Below, in pieces: positions 9,071-20,160 of a stretch of 64,000 nucleotides of DNA. The position numbers and the translations under genes are program-made. The stretch covers positions 288,001 through 352,000 of the forward strand of contig CAWAUM010000003.1 of NCBI GenBank assembly GCA_963785235.1, in the 5' to 3' direction. Under the pieces are notes generated by a model that saw nothing but the letters and a program-made list of their open reading frames with translations, made no database searches and was not told the DNA's origin. Within the stretch, counting starts at the first letter, position 1. Each line of letters begins with the position of its first letter. The stretch comes from an uncultured delta proteobacterium (GTDB lineage Bacteria; Desulfobacterota; Desulfomonilia; UBA1062).

Positions 9071-11728
9071 GTGGTGAAGAACAATAGCCCTATTAAAAGT
9101 ATACTGAAGACGGTCCTATACCGTGTCCTGGTGATCGCATGTCTATCAGCCGCTCATGCAGGGCCGGCGTGCGCAGCAGGTATATATGTGGGGGGCTCGG
9201 AGAATGTCACCAGGATCATCTTCAACCTGATTGATGTGGTGGCTGTTGCCCCTGATGTATCTGAACAAAACCAGACACTGATCGTCAATTTTCCCCACAC
9301 TGTTGCTGATCCACAAGCCTTCCAGGATCAGTTTATGATCAAAGGGCTAACCTTTGACGGTACAAAGGCGACCATTACCATAAAAACCCCGTATACCTAC
9401 CAGGTCTCTACCAGACAGAGTCCACCTTCCGTGGTTATCGATTTTACTGCCAAGAAAGAGCCAAAGGCCCTTTGCCCTATCAAACGAATCGATGTCATAC
9501 CCGGCAAGGTTCTCTTGAGTGTATCCATGAGCATCGAACCGGACATGCTCCCTGAGGTTCGAACCACCAAGTCCGGAAGGATTTACATCCATTTTCCAAC
9601 AGATTTCCCCTGCGACACCATGGAGAAACTCCTCGCACCTATACCGCAGCTGAAGTTCGGCAGTGTCATGAAGATGTTATCCGGCACCTTGCTCACATTA
9701 CATATCACTGAGCAGTATACCCTCATGAAAACACGCACCGACAAAGAGAAAAGCCGTATCATCTTTGAGATCAGAGCCACAAATGCGTCGTCTCCAGAGA
9801 CCAGATACCTGAGCGCAAAAAACCTGTTCAGCGCAGGCAATATCGCCGGCGTGATCACGGTATTGGAGCCTGTGGTTCAACTACTTGATGCCAAAGAGAA
9901 GATACTCCTTGCCCGCTCATACTGGGCACTGGCATTTCCATACCAGACTCTGAGCAGCGCCACCAAGGCGCTTACCATGATGAATGCCGCCATTGATAAG
10001 CTCCCGGATGGTTTGGATCGTGAACGGATTATGCTCGAATACTGCTCCATGCTTATAAACTCAGGCCTTTCCAATCAAGCCCTTGAGCCGGTTAAGACAC
10101 TGAAGAAGTCTGCATGGGATGATATCAAGACAGAGGCCGACATCAGGGAAATAGATATATTAAACCATAATGGTGCTTATCAGGACGCCTATGCCGCCAA
10201 TAAACGACTGATAAACGAACTTGGCCAATCTGGAGTTCCTGCAGTGCTGAAAACAACATACCTGATCGTGACAGCAGAAACCTATCTCGGATTAAATGAT
10301 TATTCAAAGGCATTTGCAATCTACCAAGAGGCCCTCGCTGCAGACCCTGCACTCATCAGACAGTTCCCGGGATTGTATGCTCATGTAGGCGAGGCTTCAT
10401 TCAAGATGAACGATTTCACACAGGCAAAAGACTACCTTATCCAGGCATTCAACCTTGGTGATCCCTCAGGCAAACAGAAGTACCTCCTCATGCTGGGCGA
10501 CTGTCTTTATCAGATAGGCGAAAAAGATAAGGCACTGGTAGCCTTCACCCAGGTGGAAAGTCTGACATCAACGGGAGAAAACCTTGTAATAGCCAAGCTC
10601 AAGTCGGCACGAATCATCATAGAAAAAAACACGGATGAACATGGCAAATTGTCCGACAGGGCATTCATGGAGGTTATGGACATCTATGAAACGCTGAAAA
10701 CCATGGAAGAATATAAAGACAAATCCCTGGCCTCACTGGTGAAGGTCCGAATAGCCCAGGCCTATGCAAAGCACGGCCAGTCGGATAAGGCCCTTGATAC
10801 CTACCTTGAGGTATGGCTGAATACGAAGAAGACCGATACGATCCATCATTATGCACAGGTGGAGGCATTAAGGAGTATTATTGAAAGGGTCCGCGTCCTC
10901 CATCGGGACTCAAAGAATGATCAGATCTATGTAATTTATACCCGCTACCAGAAAAACTTCATCAAGGAGCTTTCAGACAGCGCCACACTTTTCATCATAG
11001 GAGACGCACTGAATCGTCTTGGCCATTCAGATAAGGCCAGGGCAGTGCTCGAAAAATCCACCAGAGAAGAATCCCCGTATAAAGAGCAGGCGCTCTATCT
11101 TCTTTTTGGAATCAATATCAAACAGGGCAGATATCAGGAGGCCCTGATCTGGAATACACTGTACCTTACTAACTATCCCACGGGCAAAGACATAGGGATT
11201 ATCAGAGACCGTCGTGGCGAGGTGCTCTATATGCTGGGCAGTCTCAAAGAGTCCTTACCCTACCTTGAGGCCTCGGCAAACAGCGACAGCCCACTGGCAT
11301 TAAACTCGCTTTCATATCTTGTAGGCGCATATCAGAGGCTCGGCTTGGGCCAGTTGGAAGAACAGACCCTGGAGAGGATCATCTCTTATCACGGCAAGCG
11401 GATCTCGCCAATTATAGAGGATGCCCTTTATCTCAGGGCAACCCAACTCAAAGGCAAAGGCGATGTAGCCAGGGCAAAGACCTTCTACCAGATCCTGCTC
11501 GATACCTATCCCAAATCATCACATGCCTACTGGGCCATGTATCATCTTTCGCAAATCGCATATACCCTTGGAGATCAGACTACAGCGAAGAACCTTCTCA
11601 CAAATGTCATCCGTCTTACCAAGGACCCTCTCCTGATGTCCGCAGCACGCCTAGCTTCAAACGATATGGACCTGCAAAAAGATATTACGAGGTTCAATGC
11701 GGAAAAAGCCCGGATGGGGGGACAATAG
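9071..11728 (+). CDS. Large exported TPR-repeat protein of the flagellar region
   Basis: About 885 aa; signal-peptide-like VLVIACLSAAHAG; many TPR-like helices (A..YL..G, YP.S); start placed at in-frame GTG after the sigma54 promoter. Confidence 0.75.
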   Translation: MVKNNSPIKSILKTVLYRVLVIACLSAAHAGPACAAGIYVGGSENVTRIIFNLIDVVAVAPDVSEQNQTLIVNFPHTVADPQAFQDQFMIKGLTFDGTKATITIKTPYTYQVSTRQSPPSVVIDFTAKKEPKALCPIKRIDVIPGKVLLSVSMSIEPDMLPEVRTTKSGRIYIHFPTDFPCDTMEKLLAPIPQLKFGSVMKMLSGTLLTLHITEQYTLMKTRTDKEKSRIIFEIRATNASSPETRYLSAKNLFSAGNIAGVITVLEPVVQLLDAKEKILLARSYWALAFPYQTLSSATKALTMMNAAIDKLPDGLDRERIMLEYCSMLINSGLSNQALEPVKTLKKSAWDDIKTEADIREIDILNHNGAYQDAYAANKRLINELGQSGVPAVLKTTYLIVTAETYLGLNDYSKAFAIYQEALAADPALIRQFPGLYAHVGEASFKMNDFTQAKDYLIQAFNLGDPSGKQKYLLMLGDCLYQIGEKDKALVAFTQVESLTSTGENLVIAKLKSARIIIEKNTDEHGKLSDRAFMEVMDIYETLKTMEEYKDKSLASLVKVRIAQAYAKHGQSDKALDTYLEVWLNTKKTDTIHHYAQVEALRSIIERVRVLHRDSKNDQIYVIYTRYQKNFIKELSDSATLFIIGDALNRLGHSDKARAVLEKSTREESPYKEQALYLLFGINIKQGRYQEALIWNTLYLTNYPTGKDIGIIRDRRGEVLYMLGSLKESLPYLEASANSDSPLALNSLSYLVGAYQRLGLGQLEEQTLERIISYHGKRISPIIEDALYLRATQLKGKGDVARAKTFYQILLDTYPKSSHAYWAMYHLSQIAYTLGDQTTAKNLLTNVIRLTKDPLLMSAARLASNDMDLQKDITRFNAEKARMGGQ

Positions 11729-11732
11729 GGCT

Positions 11733-13076
11733 ATGGGAATCGCCATCTTGGATCGTGACAAAGAGACGGTGAATATCCTTGCAGAGCTCATTGCCGAGCA
11801 GGGTGAATCTCCATCACCCTACACGGACAAAGATAAGTTTCTGGAGATGATCGATCCTAAAAATCACAGTATGGCGATCATTTCGGATGAATTTGTCGAC
11901 GTAATCGAAGGCACGAAACAGGTGTACGATTCCATAGAGATAGTGGCAATCGGCATGAAAGACGGCTCTGCATGCCTGAAGGCAGGGGCCTCATACTATT
12001 TAAAAAAACCCTTCAGGGCCGATGAAATGGTGAGCGTCATCGAGGCACTGAAGACCCCGAAAGGTCAAAAATCCAACAATCCGGACACATCATTTATTGT
12101 GGCCGATCCTTCCATGAGGGGGATCGTGGAGATAATCCGGAAGGTCGCTCCCACTCAAGCCTCTATCTTTATCCAGGGAGAGTCGGGTACGGGCAAGGAA
12201 GTAATTGCCAGGAACATCCATGCCTTGAGCAAACGGAAAAGCGGGCCTTATGTGGGTATTAACCTTGCAGCCATCCCTGATACACTGCTTGAAAGTGAGC
12301 TCTTCGGCTATGAGAAGGGCGCATTCACCGGGGCATACACCACCCGGATCGGCAGGTTCGAACAGGCGGATTGCGGTACTATTCTGCTGGACGAGGTAAC
12401 CGAGATCACCCCGGCCTTGCAGGCAAAGCTCCTGCGGGTCCTGCAGGAAAGGCAGATAGACCGTGTAGGCGGAAAGGCCCCCATCAAAGTGGACTTCCGT
12501 GTGATCTCCACCACCAACAGGGATATCGAAGAAGAAATAAATGCCGGGAGATTCAGGCACGACCTCTTCTTCCGGTTGAACGTGATCCCCATTAAGATCC
12601 CTCCCTTGAGACAGCGCAATGAAGACATCATCCCTTTAGCCACCCACTTCATCAAGGCGATAGCCTCCCGGGAAGACATGCCCGGAAAAGTGCTTAGTAA
12701 AGAGGCAAAAGATGCCCTGTTGAAGTACCCCTGGCCCGGCAATGTGCGCGAGCTTGAAAACGTTGTCGAACGTGCCATGATCCTTACTGAAGGGAATATG
12801 ATATCTGCAGAACATTTGGCACTAAGTGGCGACGGACACTCAATATCGGCATCCATGCCTGCCCTGGGTACAACGATCCACGATATGGAAAAGAACCTTA
12901 TATTCTCAACATTAAAAAAGGTTGACGGCAACAGAACCAAGGCGGCAACACTGCTGGGCATCAGTATCCGGACCTTGCGGAACAAGCTGCATGAGTATAC
13001 CAACGGTGGTCAAAATTCTGACGATGAACCGGCAAAATCAGAGGGCCTAGACCCGGAAGAATCCCTGGAAACATGA
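11733..13076 (+). CDS. sigma54-dependent activator with degenerate REC (FlrC/FlgR-like)
   Basis: [35 protein letters not shown]; directly upstream of flgB. Confidence 0.85.
   Translation: MGIAILDRDKETVNILAELIAEQGESPSPYTDKDKFLEMIDPKNHSMAIISDEFVDVIEGTKQVYDSIEIVAIGMKDGSACLKAGASYYLKKPFRADEMVSVIEALKTPKGQKSNNPDTSFIVADPSMRGIVEIIRKVAPTQASIFIQGESGTGKEVIARNIHALSKRKSGPYVGINLAAIPDTLLESELFGYEKGAFTGAYTTRIGRFEQADCGTILLDEVTEITPALQAKLLRVLQERQIDRVGGKAPIKVDFRVISTTNRDIEEEINAGRFRHDLFFRLNVIPIKIPPLRQRNEDIIPLATHFIKAIASREDMPGKVLSKEAKDALLKYPWPGNVRELENVVERAMILTEGNMISAEHLALSGDGHSISASMPALGTTIHDMEKNLIFSTLKKVDGNRTKAATLLGISIRTLRNKLHEYTNGGQNSDDEPAKSEGLDPEESLET
13009..13022. promoter_or_regulatory. Putative enhancer (FleQ-box-like GTCA-N6-TGAC) inside 3' end of activator gene
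   Basis: GTCAAAATTCTGAC about 70 bp upstream of the flgB -24 element. Confidence 0.45.
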
Positions 13077-13089
13077 GCCTTGGCCCCAT

Positions 13090-13105
13090 TGGTATGACAA
13101 TTGCT
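13090..13105 (+). promoter_or_regulatory. sigma54 -24/-12 promoter of flgB operon
   Basis: TGGTAT-GACAA-TTGCT with exact GG/GC spacing. Confidence 0.8.
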
Positions 13106-13129
13106 TTATAAAGCCCAAGGAGAATTCAT

Positions 13130-13513
13130 ATGGGCGATATCTTCGGAAAGATCATCTCGGAAGTAGCAGAGCACATGAATTACCGCACCTATCGTCAGGA
13201 AGTCATATCCGGCAACATCGCCAATGTGGACACCCCGGGCTACAAGGCCAAGGAAACCCTCTTTGAGAGTGAACTGGATTCCAGATTAAAACTCGCTACC
13301 ACAAGCCAGCAGCACCTGAAGAAATCACCCTCTGAAGGCCTTTACCGTACCGTGGATGACCCGTTCTCAAGGATCGGCAACGACTCCAACACCGTGGATA
13401 TCGACCGGGAAATGATGAAGCTCAACCAGAACCAGCTCCTCTATACCGCATCGGCAGATATCATCGCTGCCAAGCTCGATCAGCTCAAAACCACCATAGG
13501 AGGCATCTCGTAA
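13130..13513 (+). CDS. flgB: Flagellar basal-body rod protein FlgB
   Basis: RQEVISGNIANVDTPGYK, DSNTVDIDREM. Confidence 0.95.
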   Translation: MGDIFGKIISEVAEHMNYRTYRQEVISGNIANVDTPGYKAKETLFESELDSRLKLATTSQQHLKKSPSEGLYRTVDDPFSRIGNDSNTVDIDREMMKLNQNQLLYTASADIIAAKLDQLKTTIGGIS

Positions 13514-13918
13514 TGGACCTTATTCACAGCCATGGACATTAGTGCGAGCGGCCTGCGGGCACAGCGTACCAGGATGAACGTCATTTCCAGCAACATCGCC
13601 AACGCCCATACCACCCGTACCGATGAAGGAGGTCCCTACAAGCGCAGGGACGTTATCCTCAGGTCGAACTCCTTCGAAGGCCAACTTACAAGCGTTGAAG
13701 TAGAGGCTATCCAGACCAATCCCACCCCTGGCGAACGCCTCTATGACCCGGGAAATCCGGATGCAGACGATCAGGGCTATGTTACCATGCCCAATGTGAA
13801 CCTCATGGAAGAAATGGTGAACATGATGAATGCCACCAGGGCCTTTGAAGCCAACACAATTGCCGTGAAGGCACAGAAGGATATGGCGCTCAAAGCGCTG
13901 AATATCGGCGGGAGGTAA
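13513..13918 (+). CDS. flgC: Flagellar basal-body rod protein FlgC (probable extra base near 13519; intact ORF from 13532)
   Basis: ISASGLRAQRTRMNVISSNIAN, GGPYKRR, YVTMPNVN. Confidence 0.95.
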
Positions 13919-14208
13919 TGATGCGTATCGAAAATCCAAGTTTCACCATAACAAGCACTCTTCCGTCTCAGGGAAAAACAACGGCAAAAGGCCTTGATTT
14001 TGTTGATACCCTCAAGGAGACTATCGATTCCGCGAATAAACTCGCAAAGGAATCCGAAAAGGCGGCGCTGGACCTCTCATCCGGCAAGTCTGCCAATATC
14101 CATGAGGCCATGATTGCCATGCAGAAGGCAGACATATCTTTGAGGCTCCTTGTGAAAATGACCAATAAAATCATTGAGGGCTATAACGAGCTCAATAGGT
14201 TGAGATAA
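13918..14208 (+). CDS. fliE: Flagellar hook-basal body protein FliE
   Basis: IHEAMIAMQKADISL...NKIIEGY; position after flgC. Confidence 0.9.
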   Translation: MMRIENPSFTITSTLPSQGKTTAKGLDFVDTLKETIDSANKLAKESEKAALDLSSGKSANIHEAMIAMQKADISLRLLVKMTNKIIEGYNELNRLR

Positions 14209-14210
14209 CC

Positions 14211-15828
14211 ATGATAAACTTCATTAAACAGCTTCCTGCAAAATTCGGCGCCATGAGCATGGGCCAGAGGTTCGGCCTTCTGGCCGTGAGCGGCCTGGCT
14301 GTGGCGGTTATAGTGGTAAGCCTCATGTGGGCCACGGCCCCCAAGTATCAGTACCTCTTCACCGACCTGGCCGAACAGGATGCCTCACTGATCGTCCAGG
14401 ATCTGAAGGAGAGCCGTATACCCTATCAGCTGACCAAGGGCGGCACTTCCATCATGATACCTGAGGCCAATGTCTACGAAACACGCCTTGCTCTTGCAGC
14501 CAAAGGGCTGCCCAAGGGCGGTGTGGGCAAGGGATTTGCACTCTTCGATGAAACGGACTTCTCCCAGTCAGAGTTCGTCCAGAAGATCAATTATCAAAGG
14601 GCTCTGCAGAACGAACTGGTCAATACCATCATGGCACTTGAAGAAGTGGCCTTTGCGCGTGTCCATATAGCCATGCCCAAAGAAAGCGTTTTCATCGAGG
14701 ACGAGAAGCCGGCAAAGGCGTCCATAGTCATCAAGACCAAACCCGGGATGCAGATGAGCCCCTCCCAGGTCCAGGGTATCGTGTATCTCGTGGAAAAGAG
14801 CGTGACGGGGTCTGGGCGCTGAGAATATCAGCATCGTAGACATCAAGGGCAAGATCCTCTATGAGGGAAAGAAGGACTCCGATTCAGTGGCCCTTGCCGG
14901 TGACCGGCTAGAATACAAGCGGGCCATTGAAAATCAGCTCCAGGAAAGGGCGCAGGGCCTCCTTGAAAAGATCGTAGGGCCGCAGGCTGCCATGGTAAAG
15001 GTAAGCGCGGATGTAAACATGGACATGGTCAAGAATGTCCAGGACACATACGACCCCGAGGTCCATGTTGTCCGTTCTGAAGAGGTCAAGAACCAGTATG
15101 CCGGCGCTGACAAGAACGCAAAAGGCGCTGCAGGAACGCCTTCCAACCTGCCTACAGGAAAGGGGGGCCCAGACGCGATCCCGCCGAACGGTACGGCAGG
15201 TGGAGAAAGTGTAGTCCGCAATTATGAGATCGGCAGAAACCAGACGGAACGTATATTATCCCCAGGCGATGTCAAGCGATTGACAGTGTCGGTTGTGGTT
15301 GACGGGACATATAAAACCGACAAGGCCGGAAACAAGCTTTTCGCACCCAGACAGGCCTCGGAACTAAAAGATATTGAGAACGCCGTAAGGCATGCGGTTG
15401 GATTCAATGCGGACCGGGAAGACATGATTTCGGTGTCCTGCATGCCTTTTGCCCAGGAAGACACTGACCTGAGTGCCTTATCGGACAAGGAAAAGAAAAA
15501 GGAATTCATCCTTTCTTTCATCAAACCTTTGATATTCCTTGTTATTGTTATACTTGTACTGCTCTTCATAGTACGACCAATGCTCAAGTGGCTCACAAAA
15601 TCCGTCCGGGTGGTTGAGCGGGTCCATGCACACGAAAGGGGTATTTCCATGGAGGAACAGGGTCTTCTCGAGAATAATGAAGATCTGCCGCAGCTCGAGG
15701 TTGCCCCAAAGAGCGAGGAAATGAAGCGGGCAGTCCAAGGCAAACGTAAGGCCATCGAGAATATCTTAAAGAATGACATGAACACCGCTACGGCGGTAGT
15801 GAAGTCCTGGCTGCAGGAGAGCGCATAA
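14211..15828 (+). CDS. fliF: Flagellar MS-ring protein FliF (split by indel near 14816)
   Basis: YQRALQNEL, ARVHIAMPKES, NYEIGR, KRLTVSVVVDG; two ORFs 14211-14822 and 14887-15828. Confidence 0.92.
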
Positions 15829-16844
15829 TGGGCAAGCTCAAAAAGGTTGATGGCCCCCATAAGGCGGCCATCTTTCTCACGGCAATGGGTGACGATTTCA
15901 CCAGGTCCGTATTCAAAGGATTGACCGACCACGAGATAAGACTGCTTGGAAGAGGAATGGCAAACCTCGAAGACGTGACGATCCCGGTGGGAACGGTCCA
16001 GAACATTATGGACGAGTTCCAGCAACTCAGCGGGGAAGTGAGCGGTGTCACGGGAAAAGGCATTGACTACCTGAGGGATGCCCTTATTTCATCGCTGGGC
16101 GCTGATAAGGCCAAGCCTATCATGGACTCCATCTCTCAGGCCATGGATACCGCAGCCTTTTCCTCGCTCCGTACTATCGATCCAACTATCCTGGTTGACT
16201 ACCTCAAGGGTGAGCATCCCCAGACCATAGCCCTGGTGCTGGCTCATCTTGATCATTTAAAGGTCGCCCAGATCATCAAGGAACTGCCTGAAAAACTCCA
16301 GCCTGAGATCATCTTCCGCATCGCCAATTTAGGCATGGTGCCTTCCGGGGTCATTGAGGATGTGGATGACGTGCTCAAAAAAGAGATCGAGGCCATGGGG
16401 AGCGTGGAAAGCAAGAGGCTCGGCGGCATCGAGACCGTGGCCGAGATCATGAACCAGCTCGACCACAATACCGAGAACAATATATTCGGATCTCTTGAAG
16501 AGATCGATGCCGACCTGGCCGAAAACATCCGCCAGAAGATGTTCGTTTTCGAAGACCTCATCAACATCGATAACCGCGGCATCCAGACGATACTCAAGGA
16601 GATCACGAACGAGGATCTTTCGCTGGCGCTGAAGACTTCGAGCGAGACACTCAAGGGTCATATACTCAAGAACATGTCGTCCAGGGCATCCGAGATGCTC
16701 ATGGAGGATATGGAGACCATGGGTCCGGTGAAGCTCTCGGACGTGGAAACCGCCCAGCAGAATATCGTGCGTGTAGCCAGAAAGCTCGAAGCTGCAAACA
16801 AGATCGTAATAGGTGGAAAGGGTGGAGAGGATGTCCTCGTCTAG
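15828..16844 (+). CDS. fliG: Flagellar motor switch protein FliG
   Basis: EHPQTIALVL, MFVFEDL, NMSSRA, GPVKLSDVE. Confidence 0.97.
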   Translation: MGKLKKVDGPHKAAIFLTAMGDDFTRSVFKGLTDHEIRLLGRGMANLEDVTIPVGTVQNIMDEFQQLSGEVSGVTGKGIDYLRDALISSLGADKAKPIMDSISQAMDTAAFSSLRTIDPTILVDYLKGEHPQTIALVLAHLDHLKVAQIIKELPEKLQPEIIFRIANLGMVPSGVIEDVDDVLKKEIEAMGSVESKRLGGIETVAEIMNQLDHNTENNIFGSLEEIDADLAENIRQKMFVFEDLINIDNRGIQTILKEITNEDLSLALKTSSETLKGHILKNMSSRASEMLMEDMETMGPVKLSDVETAQQNIVRVARKLEAANKIVIGGKGGEDVLV

Positions 16845-17475
16845 AATCATACGTGATAATGACCAGAAGGACTGTACTGTCACCCCCTATTGCGTCAAGG
16901 AGATGCAAGACAAGGGTAATCTAAGAGATATCCAATCCCAGGCAGAGGCTATCCTGAAAAAGGCCGGCGCTGAAAGAGAAGCCATCGAAATGGAGGCCTA
17001 TCGCAAAGGTCTTGAACAGGGTCAGACCCAGGGACAGATGATGGCGGTCAAGAGGATTGAGCCCCTTATCCTGACGCTTTCGCATACCATCGAAGAGCTG
17101 AAAAGGATGAGACATCTTATCATAGAAAAACATCAGGATCAGATCCTCGAAATACTCGTCCTCATCGCCGAGAAGGTCATCCACCGGGAGATCCAGCTCT
17201 CGCCTGACATCATCCTTGATACGGTCAGACATGCATGCACCTATCTTACAGAAACCGATGAGATCCGTCTGAGGGTTCATCCATCAGACTTTGAAAATAT
17301 CCGGGAGATTGAACGCATCATCTCAACACAACTCACCGGCAATGGAAGTATCCATTTTATTGAAGACACAACCATTGAACGCGGCGGCATTATCATCGAT
17401 ACGGAGTATGGTGAGATCGACGCGAGCCTACGATCCCAGATTGAACACATGAATGAGGTCCTGCTGGAAAAATGA
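16831..17475 (+). CDS. fliH: Flagellar assembly protein FliH
   Basis: AYRKGLEQG, RVHPSD, RGGIIIDTEYGEIDAS. Confidence 0.9.
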   Translation: MSSSRIIRDNDQKDCTVTPYCVKEMQDKGNLRDIQSQAEAILKKAGAEREAIEMEAYRKGLEQGQTQGQMMAVKRIEPLILTLSHTIEELKRMRHLIIEKHQDQILEILVLIAEKVIHREIQLSPDIILDTVRHACTYLTETDEIRLRVHPSDFENIREIERIISTQLTGNGSIHFIEDTTIERGGIIIDTEYGEIDASLRSQIEHMNEVLLEK

Positions 17476-18804
17476 CAAACCTGAAAAGACATATCCTCGC
17501 CTTACATGAGATGGACCCAATCCAGGTCAGAGGCAAAGTAACAAACATCGTGGGCCTGGTGGTTGAAGGTCACGGCCCGGGAAGTTCCATGGGGGGCATG
17601 TGCGAAATCTATTCCAAGGCAAGAAAGAGCTCCATCATGGCCGAGGTTGTAGGCTTCAGGAACAAGCGTGTTCTGCTTGATGCCACTGGGTGACCTCAGT
17701 GGGATCGGCCCGGGAAGCGTGATCATTGCCCGAAAATCGCAGCCCATTGTCAAGGTCGGCAATGACATGCTCGGACGTGTCCTTGACGGGATGGGAGAGC
17801 CCTTGGACGGCAAGGGACCACTCATGCTCGATTCCGAGATGCCCCTGTACGGAAAACCCTATAATCCCTTAAAGAAACGGCGCATTGATGAGCCGCTCGA
17901 CCTTGGCATAAGGTCTATCAATGGCCTTCTGACCGTGGGAAAAGGCCAGCGCATGGCAATCATGGCAGGATCGGGCGTAGGGAAAAGCGTTCTCCTCGGG
18001 ATGATGGCACGCCACACCAAGGCGGATGTAAACGTGATTGCATTAATCGGTGAACGCGGCAGAGAGGTAAATGAGTTCCTGGAAAAAGATTTAGGCGAGG
18101 AAGGACTCAAGCGCTCCGTGGTAGTAACCGCCATATCGGACCAGCCGTCGCTTATCCGTATCAGGGGTGCGTATCTCGCCACTACTATTGCTGAGTATTT
18201 CAGAGACCAGGGCCTGGACGTGCTCCTCATGATGGATTCCGTTACACGCTTTGCCATGTCCATGCGGGAGATCGGCCTTGCCGTTGGAGAGCCTCCTACG
18301 ACCAAGGGATATACCCCATCCTGCTTCGCCAAGATGCCCAAACTCCTGGAGAGGGCTGGAAACACCTCATCAAAGGGGAGCATTACCGGGTTATATACCG
18401 TGCTCGTAGAGGGCGATGACCTTACTGAACCTGTAGCGGATACTGTCCGCTCCATCGTGGATGGCCACATAGTGCTTTCCCGTGACCTTGCGGCCAGAGG
18501 TCATTACCCTGCCGTAGACATCCTGCGCAGCGTGAGTCGGGTCATGAACGACATTGTGGATGCAAAACACCTCAGTGCAGCGCGGTCTATCCAGTCCATG
18601 ACCGCAGTGTATGAAGAGGCCCGCGACCTTATCAACATCGGGGCGTACGTGAAAGGCAATAATCCTGAAATCGACAATGCAATCCGCCACGTCGATTCCA
18701 TCAACAGCTTTCTGAAACAGGGCATCAATGAAAGGGCCGCGATTGAGCAGGCTGTGGCACAGATGGGTGCGATCATAGACGCAAAGCATGCGGGAAATGC
18801 TTAA
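17472..18804 (+). CDS. fliI: Flagellum-specific ATPase FliI (split by indel near 17678)
   Basis: GSGVGKS, IGERGREV, MDSVTRF, GEPPTTKGY. Confidence 0.95.
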
Positions 18805-19245
18805 ATGGCCTTCAAGTACAAATTCTCAACCTTGCTCAATGTGAGGAAGATCCAGGAGAATATTGCACAACAGGCATTCTCCCAGGCACAGAGATACGTA
18901 AAAAAACTTGTGGCAATGAAAGATCAGGTCTTGATGAGAAGAGACACCCTCAGGGCTGAGCTCATGACAAGGATGAGACAAGGATTAAGCTCCACCGAGG
19001 TCAAGATATACTATGATTATCTCTCATACCTGGAAAAAGGACTGGAACGCATTGATGAGAATATTAAAACCGCTGAGAAACAGGTGGACGTGAAAAGGGA
19101 AGAGCTATTGAAAGCGAAACGGTCATCAAAGGCTATCTCAAGGCTTAAGGAGATCCATCAGGCGCGGTTCGATGAAGCGCTCAGAAAAAAGGACGTGATC
19201 TTTCTCGATGAGATAGCGGTCTTACGTCATGGAGGTGTGAGATGA
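18805..19245 (+). CDS. fliJ: Flagellar export protein FliJ
   Basis: FKYKFSTLLNVR N-terminus, coiled coil, LDEIA C-terminus; after fliI. Confidence 0.85.
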   Translation: MAFKYKFSTLLNVRKIQENIAQQAFSQAQRYVKKLVAMKDQVLMRRDTLRAELMTRMRQGLSSTEVKIYYDYLSYLEKGLERIDENIKTAEKQVDVKREELLKAKRSSKAISRLKEIHQARFDEALRKKDVIFLDEIAVLRHGGVR

Positions 19246-19814
19246 AGGCAAAGATACTGCTGTGTTTGGTGTTAATCAATATAGTTTTTGTTGCCGCCTA
19301 CCTGATTTTCCAATCCACACCCGTGGCTGCCGGTAATACTACGAGTAATACCCAGGCGCCCGCCAGACAGGAGCAGCCACAACCAGCGATGCAGCCCTTG
19401 TCACTTAGCCCTTCTGACCAGATGGAGATAATCCGGCAGAAGGAAGAGCGGCTCAAGACCCGTGAAATGGAGATCAAGGAGCTTGAGAAGCAGTTGCAAG
19501 AGAAGATCAAGCGTCTCGAGGTCATAGAAGCCTCTATTAAAAACGACCTCAACTCCTATAAGGTCATCAACGGGGATCGGATCAAACAACTGGTGAAGAT
19601 CTACTCTTCCATGAAACCAAATGCTGCAGCTACCCTGATGAACAACATTGAGGCCGATGTAGCTGTCCAGGTATTTATCGGCATGAAGGGCGACATAGCA
19701 GGCAGCATACTTTCATATATGGAACCTATAAAGGCTGCCGGCATAACCCAGAAACTCGTAAGCTTCCGGGGAGGCAACACCGCCTCAACCGAGCCTGTCC
19801 CTGCCGGACAATGA
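19242..19814 (+). CDS. MotE/FlbB-like flagellar protein (MgtE N-terminal-like)
   Basis: N-terminal TM, coiled coil, LVKIYSSMKPNAAA motif. Confidence 0.75.
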   Translation: MKAKILLCLVLINIVFVAAYLIFQSTPVAAGNTTSNTQAPARQEQPQPAMQPLSLSPSDQMEIIRQKEERLKTREMEIKELEKQLQEKIKRLEVIEASIKNDLNSYKVINGDRIKQLVKIYSSMKPNAAATLMNNIEADVAVQVFIGMKGDIAGSILSYMEPIKAAGITQKLVSFRGGNTASTEPVPAGQ

Positions 19815-19868
19815 AGTGTAGCTTACAGATAACTGGATACTGATTATAAAGAAACAAATGTAAAAAAA

Positions 19869-19903
19869 ACAAAGGCCTCCTGATATATCCCTCAGGCCTT
19901 TGT
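19869..19903. terminator. Putative terminator hairpin after flagellar block
   Basis: ACAAAGGCCT...AGGCCTTTGT with A-run on the left. Confidence 0.45.
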
Positions 19904-19934
19904 CGCTGCCCTCACAAATACGGCTCATCTCACG

Positions 19935-20160
19935 TAAACCCAGAGTATGCAATTGAATGAGACCATACGCACCCAATACACTCCAAGGGTACCTTGAGTA
20001 GAAAACTCGTGGTGAACGAAAATGTTTTTATAGGTCCGTTAAAATCAGTCATCTTGCAGCCCTTAAAAGACCGGAAAAATAGGCTCTCTCCTAAGGCTGC
20101 AAGATGACTGATTTTAACGGATCAGGTTTTTACACAGCCTAAATACAAAATCTGAGTTAA
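19935..20160 (+). repeat. Dispersed palindromic element copy C (27 bp perfect arms 20035-20061 / 20095-20121, 33 nt spacer)
   Basis: TCCGTTAAAATCAGTCATCTTGCAGCC and exact complement; termini AAACCCAGAGTATGCAATTGAA ... AAATACAAAATCTGAGTTAA. Confidence 0.9.

Noticed and set aside
14211-18804. fliF and fliI as true pseudogenes (loss of motility)
   Set aside because: The same indel pattern hits ispD and scpAB, and the sequences are otherwise intact
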